64,000 nucleotides of DNA from the human T2T-CHM13v2.0 reference genome, Homo sapiens. The stretch lies in the NCBI RefSeq assembly GCF_009914755.1, contig NC_060925.1; one strand, written 5' to 3'. This document shows, piece by piece, positions 25,501-39,480 of the stretch. Every line of letters begins with the position of its first letter. The stretch's first letter is position 1. Below the pieces are notes generated by a model. It saw only the letters and a program-made list of their open reading frames with translations, had not been told where the DNA came from and made no database searches. Both the position numbers and the translations under genes were made by a program.

Positions 25501-26859
25501 TATCCAATTCCTAATGGAGCTGGAACCCTGTACCTTTCATGGTAATAGTCACACTCTACTTGGTTGCAACCCATCAGCATATAAGCCCTTTGAAGGCAGT
25601 GATCATGTCTTATTCTTGTTTAATGCTGTAACCGTAGCACCCTCCTCAGTGCCCAGCATTCAGTGGAAAGCTATGCTGAATGGACAGGTGGTCACTCTTC
25701 TGAAATTTTGATCACCAGGTCTTAAGAGCAAGATTTCCAAGTATTTAGGTCTGGCAGCTGAGCGGCTTCTCTCTGCAGCATGTGGTGACATGTGGCTGTA
25801 GGTGTACTGTACCATGACTGCTTGTTGATACTCCACTGTCATCTCCCTGTTTTTCTCATTAAGTATTAATATGTGACATGCCAACATATCACATCTGCCG
25901 CAATTTATTTGAGAATGGCTTTGCCTTGTAAGGAATCTAGAAAGAAGAGTGTTTGCCTTTCTTACTTTATGACTGTCATTATTTTATCAGATGTTGTGCC
26001 ACATCCTAGATAAGAGATGAGGGAGAAAGTTACAAATGTAAAGGAAGAAAAAGGGATTCAATTCAGACTTGGCTAGGAGAGAGGAGTTTGGCAACTGTTT
26101 ATCTTTGGGGGTAGGATTTTTCTGAGGGGGGTGCTGAAAGGAGATATCCTAATGCCTTACAGAGGAAGATGAGGAACTGGATGCAAGGCTGGGAGAGAAG
26201 CCCTTCTAAAACACATCCTCAGAATAGCCCAAACTCTAGTAATAATAATCGTAATAATAACAGCAATAGCAGCAGCAGCAGCGCGAAGAACACATAATGC
26301 TTACGTTCTGCCAGGACAGTTATTTTTAAACAATGTTTTAAATTCATTTAAAATAACATTAAGCCCATTAGATGTTAATATAACATTTTTTTCTGAAAAA
26401 GTAACTGTTTTCCAATATCAAATAATTTAGTGAGAAGTTTTTTGCAGATTTAAACAAAATTCTCCTAGCAATTTTCAATGCATTGTTGTTTACTTTAGTC
26501 ACCGTATTATATGACAGATCTCTTGAATTTACTCCTTCTAACTGAAATTTTGTATCCTATGAAGTAGTTACTGTAATTACAGATAATCCGGGGAAATGGA
26601 CAAATATTAAGAACAAGTCTAATTCATCTAAAATATTCACCACCTTTGGAAAGTAAAATTATCTGATCCTGTAATAAGATCAGATAACATCTCAAAATCA
26701 ATTAGAAGGTACTTGAGCTATTACAGCTTTGAAAATGTCTGTCCCTGTGTTTGTGCACGCACACACACTCAAGTATAATTTATTCAGAAAAAAAATCCTC
26801 CCACACGGCTTGTTCCCACTTCTGCAAGGACAGTTCTAATTTCTTTTATATATTCAATG

Positions 26860-27045
26860 TATTTAATCTTTACAAAACCCCTGTGAAGTAGATACTATTA
26901 TTTTTGCCACTCTACAGGTGATGAAACTGAGGCATAGAGAAGTGGAGTAACTCTCCTCAGATCACACAGCAAGTGAGTGGTGGAGCTGCGATTTGAATCC
27001 AAGCACATGGCTCTTGAGTCTGTGCTCTTGATCACTCCCTTTTAC
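26860..27045 (-). mobile_element. MIR
   Basis: acaggtgatgaaactgaggcatagagaagtggagtaact...atcacacagcaagtgagtggtggagctg. Confidence 0.8.
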
Positions 27046-27219
27046 TGTCTCTCTAGTGAAATGGAACTGAAGCAGATTTCTCCTTCGTGATCTGGAGTAT
27101 GGGGCTTGTGGGACAGGATCTGGAATTTCGGGGTACCTGAGAATGACTATGGCTTACATACTGACCCCTAGAAAGGGAAATGGTTCAGGGAGTGATGGGA
27201 GTGGTTCAGTCTGTGTCAC

Positions 27220-28082
27220 AGTTGATGAAAATAAACTCTGTAAAATATTTAAAGAGGTTTATTCTGAGCCAAATATGAATGACCAACACCCAAGACACAG
27301 TCTCAAGAGGTCCTGAGAACCTGTGTTCATTAGGTTATAGCTTGGTTTTATACCTCAAGGAGATACAACACGTCAATGAATGCACATGAGTTATACATTG
27401 GTTTGGTCTGGAAAGGCAGGACAACTTGAAGTGGGGGCTTACAGGTCATAGGTGGGTTTCAAGATTTTCTGATTAACTATTGGGAAAAGAGTTATTATCT
27501 AAAGACCTAGAATCGATAGAAAGGAATGTCTGGGTTAAGAGAAGGGGTTGTAGAGACCAAGGCTCTTATTATGTAGATGAAGTGGCTGCTCTTAGAGGCA
27601 ATAGATGGCAAATATTTCCTCTTCAGACCTTTAAAAGGTGCTCAACTCTCAGCCAATCTCTTCAAGATCAGAAAAGGACCTGGAAAGGGAAGGGGATTCT
27701 CTACAGAATGTAAATTTCCCCTGCAAGAGACAGCTTTGCAGGGTCATTTCAAAATATGTCAAAGAGATATATTTTAGGGTAAAATACTTTAATTTCTTTC
27801 AGGGCCTGCTATCTGTCATGTAATGCTATACTAGAGTCAGGTTGGAATTTGGTATCTTATTGCCACAAAGCGTCTGTTTTGTCTTAAGATCTCTGTTTTA
27901 AGGTTAATGCTGGTCACTTGTGCCTGAATTTTGAAGGGAAGAGAGTATAATGAGGCATGTTCAACCCCTTCTTCCCATGATGGCCTGAACTAGTTTTTCA
28001 GGTCTACTTTTGAATCCCCTTAGCCAAGAGGAGGGGTCGATTCAGTTGATTGGGGGGCTCAGAGTTTTGTTTTCAGTTTACA
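27220..28082 (-). mobile_element. MER4-family (ERV1) solo LTR, ~860 bp
   Basis: aactctgtaaaatatttaaagaggtttattctgagccaaatatg...aggtcctgagaac...ttggggggctcagagttttgttttcagtttaca. Confidence 0.85.
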
Positions 28083-28899
28083 GCACCGAGGGGGACGGGA
28101 TGGGGAGAAAGGGAGTCACCAGTTTAACCTGAGTCACTGACTGGGTGAATGGTGTGGGGCCACTGGGGGCTTCTGTTCTTACCTTACATCCTTGTGTTAC
28201 AAAGAGCAATCCAGAAACAGCTGCCCTGTTGGAGGAAGGAAGTGGAGGCTTTACCTGCTGCCCACAAAGACTTAATTTGACTTAATTTCTCCTGCCATTG
28301 TCTCCTCCTGCATCTCCTTTCCCACAGCCACCTTGATGACTGTCCTCTTCTTCTCTTCCTTTATCTCAGTTCATGCTGGGTCAGGTCCTCCTTGCTAATG
28401 AAAAAAGAGAATTGTCTGTCCTACATCTGCTGGTCTTCAAGCTTCTGGGTCTGCTAGCTCTACCTTATTTCTAATTCAGACATCCCTTCAGCAAAGTCGT
28501 GTTGCTTTTTGCCCCACCTCAGTTCTGAGGACTGAGTGCAACCTTCTGTTTCTCTTAAATATTTACAGAATATTTGGATATGTCAATTTCACATTTATAT
28601 GCAATTAAGTCTCATTCTTTTCCTGTATAATTTCTGCCTTTAGTCATCAGCTGAGACTTCATCTTCTACACTCCATCTAAAATTTATTTTTACGTAGGGC
28701 AGAAATTCCTAATTTGGGGATCCACAAGCCACTGAATCAGTTTTTCTTTAGCTTTTAGAAAGACCACCCCCCATAGAATCCCTGCCTCCTAGCATGGGGG
28801 CTGGCACATAGTAGGCACTTAACAAACCGATATTTTCTAAGTGAAAGAATGCATGATCCTTCACTATTCCCACTCCTTTGAGGAAGAGATAAATAATAA

Positions 28900-29057
28900 T
28901 TATTTATTTTCTGAGACAGGCTCTCGCTCTGTTGCCGAGGCTAGATTGCAGTGGCGCCATCACGGCTCACTGCAACCGCCACCTTCTGGGCTCAGGTGGT
29001 CTTCCTGCCTCAGCCGCCTGAGTAGCTGGGACTATAGATGTGCACCACCATGCTTGG
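28900..29057 (-). mobile_element. Alu right-arm fragment (AluJ/FRAM)
   Basis: gagacaggctctcgctctgttgccgaggct...gagtagctgggactatag...caccaccatgcttggc. Confidence 0.85.
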
Positions 29058-29407
29058 CATATTGAATTTTTGAAATATAGGTTTAACTTAATTTTTTATT
29101 TCCAGTGGTTAACCTACCAGCCTAAGTGCCTTTATGGTGATCATAAAATGCTGTCTTTTGCCATAGTCTGTATTTCCTATGTTGACCTGAGACTTCCTGG
29201 GCCCATCCTCCAGCGGCATGCATTCCAGGTTCTGTGTTTCTTTAAAATGTAAATGTTGCCATTTTTGTGTGTATTGAAAGACTCAGCATTAGAATCCAAG
29301 AAGGAGGTTGTGTTTCTTTATTGAGTCTAGTGGATAAGAGTGAGTCTGACGAGGAGGGAAATGTGGTGAACTTGCCTGGTTGGAGTCCACACTTCTTTTC
29401 TTCCTAA

Positions 29408-29783
<376 letters not shown>

Positions 29784-31344
29784 TAGGCAGACCCTTTTGA
29801 GTCCTGGCCAGGCCCTGGCAAGGCTGTGTACTTTGTGTTAGGCTTACCTTGCCATCCATCATGCTGTACCTTATCCTGGTTTTCTGGCCTTCATCCCTCT
29901 ACCTTTAATGCAGGAACTTCTGGATCTCTTCTTGCACAGGGGTTGCTGAGGAAGACTTAGCAGTGCCAGCCAAGCCTCCTCCTTCACTCTGCCTAACTAC
30001 ATTTATTGTGATATGATCACCCTGTGTTTTTGTGGGATGCATCTTGCAAGAGTGGTTTATCAGAGTCCTAACCAGGAAGTAAAGCCAGAGCCTCTCTGAT
30101 TGGGTTTTTACCTCCACCTACATGACAGACTTCCCTTTCAGGATGCCATGGGGTGACCTGAGGGCAGGGGAAGCTAGAACATGGGACTGAATAATTTCAT
30201 CCTCTTCTTTCTCTTTCTTTTTCTTCCCATGGTTCACTGTGTCACAAGGGATTGGTTTTTTGTTTCATCTTCCTATTCTCTCTTGATGACATATTCTTCT
30301 TTAGGGAAGGAAGCCTTGTGGCCCAGCCCTTGTAGGGCGAATGGCGTATTCTTTTTGTAATATGGAGGAAAATAAGTTTTGACTCATTAGATTTGATTCT
30401 GAATTTGTGAGCAGCCAGACAACCACTAGGAATGAGGGATTGCTGAGAACAAAATTCATTGTTTTAGTTAAAAAAAAATCCCTGTTAGGATTAACTTATT
30501 TATTCTTGTGTAATTATATTGTTAAGTAAGGATTTAGATATTATCATCAATGAGAATCAGAGACACTGATATGTCCCAGATCACAGAGCTGGTATGTGCT
30601 AACTGCATTTAAATCCTAATCCTCTTAATAAGGTTTTGAACCATAAGTGTGTTTGCTCATAGAGGAGCATGTGAAAATTTGCGTATTCTGTAGCACTGTG
30701 GGTGAATAGGTTTTTTCTTCCTGTTAGACCAAGAAGAAAGGCAGAAGTTTTCTTATCCTTTTTGTGAGTCCTGAGATTGCAGACGATTACAGCTACAGAC
30801 AACATTTGTTTTGTGTTGCTATGCAGACCTACTGTCATCTTTATTCTAATCCACCTGTCTGTACAGACATTCAAAGACTTTCTCTTGGTATACTAACAAA
30901 TTCTCTGATACTGTCCAACTGCTTACCTAATGAATAAGATGAATACTTTGTCTTCTGCTAAGAACCACAAACTGTAATTACCTGCAGGGTAAAAGTTAAG
31001 ACAAATTCTCTGGTTGTCATGCTTGCAAACAATGCTTTATTCTTTAGCATGGTGTATAAGCCTGGCTCCAACCTTCTATTAGAAATTCCTCTCACTCACC
31101 TTACTGGCAATAGTGCAGAACAAGTCTTCATTCCTCAGTCCAGCCTATGCAGCTCTCTTACAAACCTCCATGACTTGGGTGCTGGCTTTTTAGTACCATA
31201 GGGCACACTCTCTGGACCCTTCTAATATCAGGCAAAATACCACTGAACTTCCGGAGGCCAGGGACTGCTATACCTTACTGTTTTGTATTTGATATTTTGC
31301 TTTAACACAGCCAGTGTTTTGGTATTTAGCAAGAGCCTTGCATT

Positions 31345-31516
31345 AGATTCTTGGTGTCATAAGTAAGATCTGAGGAACAGCCACATCAGTTTCTCCTGGG
31401 AGCTTGTTAGAAATTCAGGATCTTGGCTGCCAACTAAAACCCATGGAATCAGAATCTGCTTTTCAGCAAGATCTCCTATGAACAGTGTATGCATATTAAC
31501 ATTTGAGAGTCACTGG
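31345..31516. mobile_element. MER5A-like hAT-Charlie DNA element
   Basis: catcagtttctcctgggagcttgttagaaattcag...gaatcagaatctgc...aacatttgagagtcactgg. Confidence 0.75.
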
Positions 31517-34459
31517 GCCAGATGACTTCTCAGGACTTCTCCTCCTTGACATGCCACGGCTCCATAGACTGCCTGGATGATGGCCATGAGTAACTGTAAA
31601 TATGTTTGAATATTCAATATCTTACATTCACATGGATCACAGGGACCAGGACCCTGAAGAACTTAAATGGGAGTTTTTACTGACTTTACCAGGGGATGGG
31701 ACCACAAAAGGACTGAAGAGACAGGTGACAACAAACTTGTTGACCAGCTCTAAGGCAGGGAGGGTGCTGGAGGGCAGCTCTTTGGAGGAGGTAAGGAATC
31801 AGGGAAGCTCGACTTACAGGTGCTCAAACCATATAAAGGCAACTGATCTACAGCCACAAAAACTTGGGAAAAATGAGTTGCCCCATTTGTTGTCACAGGA
31901 TGCATTTGGCCTCCAATTAGTTTTCCTGTATATGACTTCTCCCCTTCTCTGCCTTCTTCCCACTGTTTCCCTAGAGTTGCTTTTTGTGTGTAAGAAGCCC
32001 ACAGGGGAGGGACTCTGCCATTCAGGAAGAAATGCCCAGTTCCTGGTTTCTGGCCGAGTCCTGTAGGCATCCTTCTGTGGATTTTGGAGGATTGCCCACC
32101 TGATGTCCACTGCAGGGAGGGATCTAGTTTCCTGTGAGACTATTTACATAGGAGAGCTGACCTACCAGACTTCTGGAAAGCATCATCAGGGGCATGGCCT
32201 TACTGTTGAAATAGAGATGACAAGTTCAAGTAGGCATTCCATTTCTGGGAAACTTGCTAGCTGCAGGCTACAGAGGATTTGCTAAGAAGTTAATTAAAAT
32301 ATACATCGTGGGTATCCTACAGGTGGCGCCTGGGTTGTGATTAGTGAGTGATTGCGAGGCAGTCAGGCAAGGTTGCTTGCTGCATTATTTTAATCGAGGT
32401 TCTTCAGCTGGGAGTGGGGAACAGGGTTGTCATTAGGAGACTAAGGGAAATGGACTTGCAGAGGCTTGGTAATGGGGGCAGTAGCTCAGATCTTATGACA
32501 CATTGTCATCATAATGTAAATCTGCAAATAATACTTGTCTAGTTGGTGGCTGACTTAATTGGTAGCAGTAATTGTCATAGCAATATATTTCCAAGATTCC
32601 TTGTATTTATGTTGCAGTTGGGATTAGGTCCCCTTCTTGCAGTCTGGTTTTAATGAAAAAACTGAGAGCTAAGATCTTAGGTTCCCCAGGATTTCTCAAG
32701 TGAGTTCCTACTACAGAGTGGGATGTGGTATATTTGAGACAGATGTATTTCCTCCTGAGTTGTGTGGTCACTCACTCTAATAGGATTGATCCAGAGGGAA
32801 ATTCAAGGGACTGGTTTTATATGTTACGTTTTTTGTGTGTTTCATTTTCTATTAGATAGCAGATTTAATTTTCCGAAAGTTTTTAGCGAGATCATTTGCC
32901 AATATTTGCCTTTGGCTCAATCATGATCAACTAAAATGTGGCCCAGGTGCCTTCCTTCCTCAAGGCTGTTGGTTGTGAGAGTCCTATCAGTAGAACCAAG
33001 AAACTGGACCAGCCCCTTTCCTGGTTTGAGTAAAGACTTCAATTAGAGTTATAAGTGGAATTTGGCTGTGGTCCTTGGCTATTGGGATGGTAATAGGAAG
33101 GTGAGGGGCCGAATCTCTGGAATCTAAGAAAATCTTTAGCAGCCTAAGGGTTCTAGGTCTCTTGCCTGTGCTTCAGAGGAGAGGGAAGGATGTTAGGTGA
33201 GGTGGAGAGTGATTCTCTCCCACTCTGTGAAAGCATCTTCCTAGTGGAGCCTTGACCACAAGGGACTCTTCGGCCCTTTTCCAGCATAATGTAGGCAGAA
33301 AGGAATTTTCCTTATGACAAGTAGGGACAGGACCTGCCCTCAAGAAATCTATGCAGGCTGTTCTTGTGTGAGTTTGTCATATATGCACCTCAAAAGTGCC
33401 ATTTATCCAGTCTTAGATGGATACTCTGGAACTGTTGGCCCCGAGGAATGTGTCATGAAATGTTTTTCTGGTGCTGGGAAGCATTTTTCTGGACCCCTTC
33501 CCTCCATAATGAGAGACAAGCATCTGGGAGAGGGTTTGCAGAGTGGTGGCATCTGTGTCATGCCATCTGACCCGTGTGGGCTTAAAGTGTGATCTCTTGG
33601 CTGTTGTACTCTGACCACTGAGTGGCTGGTGGAGGTGCCAGCAGCAGGAGTAGCAAACAGTTTGTCAGCTGTTCCCGGGCAAGTTTTATCAGCATCACAC
33701 TGAACAGAGTGTCCCCTATCGTTTGACCTTTCCCCAGATTATTCTGTAACTTCATATTTGATTCTTGGATGGTCTAGATTATTCTCATCAATACTTCGCT
33801 TACAGACTATTTAGACTTGTTGTAGAGCCTCTCAGAATGAATTGTACCTGAAAGTCCAAATTCTCTTTGGTCAAGGAGTATTTATTGAGCACCTACTATG
33901 GGCCAACCATTGACAAATGTATATGATACAGAGCTGAATAGAGGAGTCCCTGCCCTCAGGGAGTTAATACTGACAAGTAATGTGTCACAAGACAGGCATG
34001 ACCATCACTGAGTCTCCATAGCCCCTGAATGTTTAAAAACATTTCCACATCTATTGTCTCATTTGTTGGTTCAGTAGATTAGTCGGAGAAGGCCTTGTTT
34101 TTGTCATCTCCATTTTATTGATGAGAAAAATAAAAGCTTAGGTTAAATGATTTGCCCAGAGAGGAGAGTGGCAGACCTGAGACAACACCATGTCATCTCC
34201 CAATAGCATGTCCTAGTTTACTTGATGTTGGTTTCTGTAACAGTTTACCAGTGATTAGCTTTAAACTGTCATGTCTTTAAAATGTAAATATTGTGGTCAG
34301 TGGATACCTTGAAAACTAAATGAAATTACACTAATTCCCTGAAAATAAGTGAAATAAATTGTTTTGTTTGAATAATTGTACGTCACTTTGACATAAAGTT
34401 GTTGGAAAAGCAGAGCAATATTTTAATTCATTTAAAAAGCATTTAAGGGAGTTATGTAA

Positions 34460-34635
34460 TGATGTAGTCTAGAGAATAGAGCATGAGCTTTGGAGTCCAG
34501 CAGACTCGGAGTCACATCCTGTCCTTACTAGTTCTGTCACCTCGGTCAAGGTACTTAACTTATCTAAGCCTTAGTTTCTCTACCTGTTAATGGGCTAATG
34601 ATGCCTACCTGCTGGGGTGAAGGTGAGAATTTAAT
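34460..34635 (+). mobile_element. MIR
   Basis: gagctttggagtccagcagactcgg...ctgtcacctcggtcaaggtacttaacttatctaagccttagtttctc. Confidence 0.75.
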
Positions 34636-34919
34636 CTTTCTGTATAAATTAAGGTTCATGTTCTGTTTGTTACTGGACATTCAGGCATTAAAGGTGTGTG
34701 TGTGTATGTGTGTCTTTTGACTAAACTGACACAATATGAATTACATAGCTATTGGAAGTTCATATGGGGTAGAACAAGGTGTAGTCACCCTCCAGGGATA
34801 CTGACACCAACGTCCAAAGTGTGCTGGAGGTGAATCAGGATTGAGAGAGACCTCACCTCCGTATTGAAATCCCACGGACAGACTGCAAGCTGAGGAGTCA
34901 AAGTTGAGCCAGCAATTAA

Positions 34920-35048
34920 CCCATTTATGCCTGAGGTTGCAATTTTTTGAATATTTGCAATCAGACCTCGGCGATGACATTGAGCAGTAGGATATAAGTA
35001 ACTCCCACATGCTTCGTGTTCCAGTAATGGAACACTAGCCATAAATAG
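34920..35048 (-). mobile_element. MER85 piggyBac (PGBD3) MITE
   Basis: TTAA (34916-19) + TIR CCCATTTATGCCT; interior gaggttgcaattttttgaat...ttgagcagtaggatata...ctcccacatgct; palindrome GTTCCAGTAATGGAAC (35018-33); degenerate opposite TIR agccataaatag. Confidence 0.92.
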
Positions 35049-35499
35049 TTGCCAGGGAAGACATGGAGCTGCAGCTATTGATATGTAATGAAGCTGCTGC
35101 TTACATGGGCAACTCTATGGAGCTTATTCCAGGAGGCACAACACCAGGGATTTTAGTTACTAAGGATTAATGCAAATATGATGGTGCTTGGCACCCCCCA
35201 TTTCTGTTTGGAGCCCGTTACATCCTGCACCCCTTGCTGTCTTGCACTTTCCATCTACAGTCTGCCTCTAGAAACCTGGCAGCTGTCTACCTGGGTTCAG
35301 CTTCAGAGCCTGCAGGTAAACTTTGTTCCCCATCCAGCCTCTGCTTCCCTTTAGGCTCAGCTGACCTCTCCCTGATAGCTCCCCTCCAGGAGAGCATTCC
35401 CACCTTATTCCTTTATTTTCCTGGATACACTCATGTGGGACTTTTCCTCTAGGAAGGCACTTGTCAGATCTCTGCTTCAGGGGAGGCTGTGACTCCATC

Positions 35500-36780
35500 C
35501 ATCTATCCATTCACTGATCGAACAAATATTTGTTGAGTGCCTGTTATGTGTCAGCAACTGTGCTTTGTGCTGGGGATATAGTAGTGAACAAAACAGGCAA
35601 AAGCACATACGCTCACATAGCTTACTCTCCAGCTGGTAAGACAGATAATTAACAAACCTAATAAATAAGCGAATGATATGGTGTGTTAGGATGTGTGATA
35701 AATGCTATGGCAAAAATAGAGCAGGATGAGGAGGGGGACTTGGAGTTCTGGGGGAAGGGTTGCAGTATACAGTTAATATCACTTTACAAACACTGAATTA
35801 GTGACCACTGGGCCATTGCTTCTAGGGGAAATACAGGGTTAGGTTCCTGCTAGCCTCTGGTTACAAACTTCTCATCAACTGATAATACATAACTTTGTTT
35901 TTTTGAATGTTTCTGCTTAAAGATGCCTTCTTTACCATATGTAGTCAATTCATTCACATTGAACTCATGGCCAACAGCACCATAACTTGTGCTTGAATAA
36001 AGCTTTTCTAACACTGTGTTTTCTCCATAAGGCTCATCACAGCCTTCCAGTACTTAGCAACGCTAGACAGCACTTCATTACTGTGCTTGGGGGTCACTTT
36101 TAACAATGAAATCGCCAAAAACACAAAAATGTGAAAAACAAGGCACTAAATAGGTGGTAGAAAGGATACTCCTAGTATGAGAGCTAAAGCATGGAGGTGG
36201 CATGGGCCTTGTCGGATCTCACCCAGCTGAGGTCCTCAGCAGCACTTCAGACTTCATTGGGTGATGTACATATTTTGCTGCACAGAACTTTTCTGTGAAT
36301 GGCCACAAAAGTGCCTCAAGTATTGATTTTAAGGTTACAAATAAATTTTAGTGAGGTGAATTTGCAAATACACAATTTGTGAATAATGAGGATTGAGTGT
36401 CAATGAATGATCAGCATAGGCTTCATTGAGAAGGTGATATCTGATGAAGACTTGGAGGAGATTATGGGAGTCATGTGGGTATTTGGAGAAGTGTCCCAGG
36501 AAGAAGGTGCAGCCAGTGCCAGAAGTGTGCCCAAAGTGCTCAAGGAATAGCAAGAAGGCCAGTGTGGCTGTCATGGAATATGGAGTGAGCAGGAGAGTGG
36601 CAGGAGACGAGGGTAGGGGAGTGGACTTTGTAAGCGATAGTTCATTCTTTGGTTTGTATCTGAGTTAGATGGGGAGATGTGGAAGGGTTTTGAGCTAAGA
36701 AGTTTTACAGCACTGTACTGTGTTGAGGCAGAAGCAGTAAACCAGTTAAGAGAGTGCCGGCAGTAATCTATAGCCAAGCC
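35500..36780 (-). mobile_element. L2 fragment split by MER82 (L2 ~35500-35765 and ~36400-36780)
   Basis: aacaaatatttgttgagtgcctgttatgtgtcagc...; resumes at cttcattgagaaggtgatatctga...caagaaggccagtgtggctg. Confidence 0.75.
35770..36399 (-). mobile_element. MER82 (TcMar-Tigger non-autonomous element)
   Basis: ctaggggaaatacagggttaggttcctg...attgaactcatggccaacagcac...gtgaatttgcaaatac...gtgaataatgaggattgagtg; ~630 bp. Confidence 0.8.
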
Positions 36781-38809
36781 TAGATGTCATCATCTGCTCA
36801 CCACTAAAAAGAACTCTTCTGTACCTCCCGGTCCCCAAATCATTCCCAGATCACACATAGAGCACAGTTCTTAGAACTCAGCCACCTTTCTGGAACATCT
36901 CAAGGAGAGTTAAACTGTGGGATTACAGTACCTGCTGCTGCTGGTGCCTATCTGAAAATGTGCTGCCACTTGAAACTGAACTAATTGAAGCTTTAGTTTC
37001 TCTAACGCAATTTTGTACTTTGCATTATTAGCCTTACACGTTCAAATTATTTTAAACACAGGGTGCCAGTAATTAGATAGAAGAATACTCCCTTCATTGT
37101 TTGTCTGGATAAAAGGTACGTATGCTTCCTTGCTAAGTTTCAGCTTTCTTTTTTACAACCGTGATCCCAGCCCTTGAAAGCCACATCTCATTCACCTTTA
37201 CTGGGAAGGGGAATGTGGTTAAATAGATTGCCTGCATGAAGATATTTGTATCGAAGTAGAGAGTGGAAATAATTCACGTCACGTTGCTGTACTGCTATAA
37301 TGATTACAGAATATACTTTAGGTAATGCATTATTAAAGGCATGCACAGCAGAGCTTCCGTGTATACAGTTTGAGTGTGAGCTTATTAGCATTTCAGGTTG
37401 ATACCTCTTTAAGATTTAATTAGATTCCAGGCTTCAATCAATTTATTAAATGAATTTCTTGCTGCTTAAAAGGTGTAATGTGTTCATGACAGTAGCTTTT
37501 CATCACTCTCTTCTCATTTCCTCATGCACTCAAGCAAATCTCAGCTTCTGTCTTGGATTCAAAGCCAGAGATTATTTTCCAAAGATACTATGCTGTATAA
37601 ACATAGCCTCTTTTGTGCTTGGGGATATTGGGGCTTTGGGGAGAGTTATTTTTTATCCACACTGTCTGACATGAATGCACTTCTTGTAGATTTACCACCA
37701 GTAAATGTAACTAATGCATAATAATAGCACTATCTTCTGTTTCAATGGCCCTTTGTCACTGTGACTCTTTCTACTATTCTTTTGGCACAAAATTCACAAA
37801 CTTTTATTTCTGTTGCCATGGGGAGAGTGTTGGGACTATTCAAATAGTGGGAAATTAAATACATCAAATCATAGTAGTGATTTGCAAGACAAGCTAGAGA
37901 GCTAGACCATAAAGTGCGTAATTTCATGATGTGTTCTGCATTTGTTTAGAAGAGTAGAGAGAACACTTCTCTGAGCCCAGCAAGCGTCCTAACCTTGCCT
38001 CTGTCATTAACTGCATGAAAACCCTTAAGTCAGCCGCTGGCTATGATTGCCTCATCTTTGAAGTGGGGCCCTTGGTATCTTGTCATTGGAAGGCAGGGGA
38101 GAGGTCTGATCTAGTTCCAGCAGTTTCTTCCAGCTTTAGGTTCTGTGTATTTGTGGGGTAAGGGAGGGTGATGTGAAAATAGATTAGTTTCCATTTATGT
38201 CTAATAGCTATCATCTAAATAAATAAAGCCTAAAATGCAAAGTGGAAGAAGTGATATAATTTATTTGATGTAGTTTTAATTTGTGAATGAACTAGGGCCT
38301 CAGATTAAAGTCAGTTGTGTCCAGCTCAGCTAAGGAAGTTATTTTTATTATATGGACTGTTTATCTCCTCATGGGTTACATTTTTGAAAGTTCAGTTGGA
38401 AAGGAGATTAAAGACCCATCAACCAAGGTAGAATAATATAAGTATAAATCCATTTCTGTACTATAAATCTTTCTATAAGGATAAATCGATTTTTGCCACA
38501 GAGCAAAAGCTGTGGTCAAAATGCTGTGAATTCACAATTCAGGGAAAAAAATACTAGTTAAGAAGCAGAGCCCAGAGGCAAAATGGGATTGTGACTGATT
38601 GACCGGCTCAACTTCAAGGACAATGCTGGTTTTATTTTTGCAAGCCTCAACATGGGCTAGGTTATGTAAGAGGCCTGTGAAATCTTAAAAACTGATTTTC
38701 CACCTGCAGATTATTCATGTAAGGAATGCTAAACCCTATTATTAACCCCAAGCCTGATTTCTCACAGAGAATAGAATGGAAAAATGCCTGACTGACATGT
38801 AGGTGGAGT

Positions 38810-39480
38810 TCTAGGATCTTCTTTAATCTGGAAAATGTCCGTAGCCTTTTTTTGTCTTTTATGACATTACAGAGTATAGTTCTCCCTTATTTAATAGAAC
38901 ACTCATAATTTTGAAGTATCCTAATGATGAGATTGATATTATGCATTCTGGGCAGGAATACTACATAAGAAGTGTTATATCCTTGTCAGGGTATGTCATC
39001 TGGAGGGACACCATGTCCAACTCTGCCCATTAGAGATGTTAATTTTCATCATCCTGAAGAATGAATTTTGTCTGATTTATCCGCTGTTACCATAGCTACT
39101 TTTTTTTTTTTTTGGCCTTGCAGCTAATAAGCAATATATGGAAGACACTTGAAGACCATGCAAATACTCTGCTCTTTGTCAAAATGTCCCCCTAGACTTA
39201 GTGTTATGGATTATTTTTGCCTGAGCCAGTTTTACCCTGATGGTTGCAGAATGATTTTCTGACTTTGGCACTTACCAGTGGCACTAGGCATTCTTTTGAA
39301 AACATGAGCTCCTTCCCCCAATTTGTTTCTATATTTATTTTCTATATGGATGCACCACTTCCTGTGTTTCAGCAGTTTACAATTCATTACTTAGTTATGT
39401 ATTTATTTTTTGGTGCTCACATTGTCTCAGTCTTAGCCAATGGGAGCCCCATCAACCTGCTTCTCTGTCCTTGGACATGC
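38810..39480 (-). mobile_element. Ancient L1M (L1MC-like) 3' fragment
   Basis: ttatgcattctgggcaggaatactacataa...gttaattttcatcat...ttttttggtgctcacattgtctcag; boundaries approximate. Confidence 0.55.

Noticed and set aside
28762-28771. GACCACCCC, near the GLI consensus, suggesting Hedgehog feedback on HHAT
   Set aside because: A one-mismatch 9-mer is expected many times by chance in 64 kb; no cluster.
31602-32110. 154-aa ORF with overlapping antisense ORFs
   Set aside because: No recognisable homology, codon bias or exon structure.
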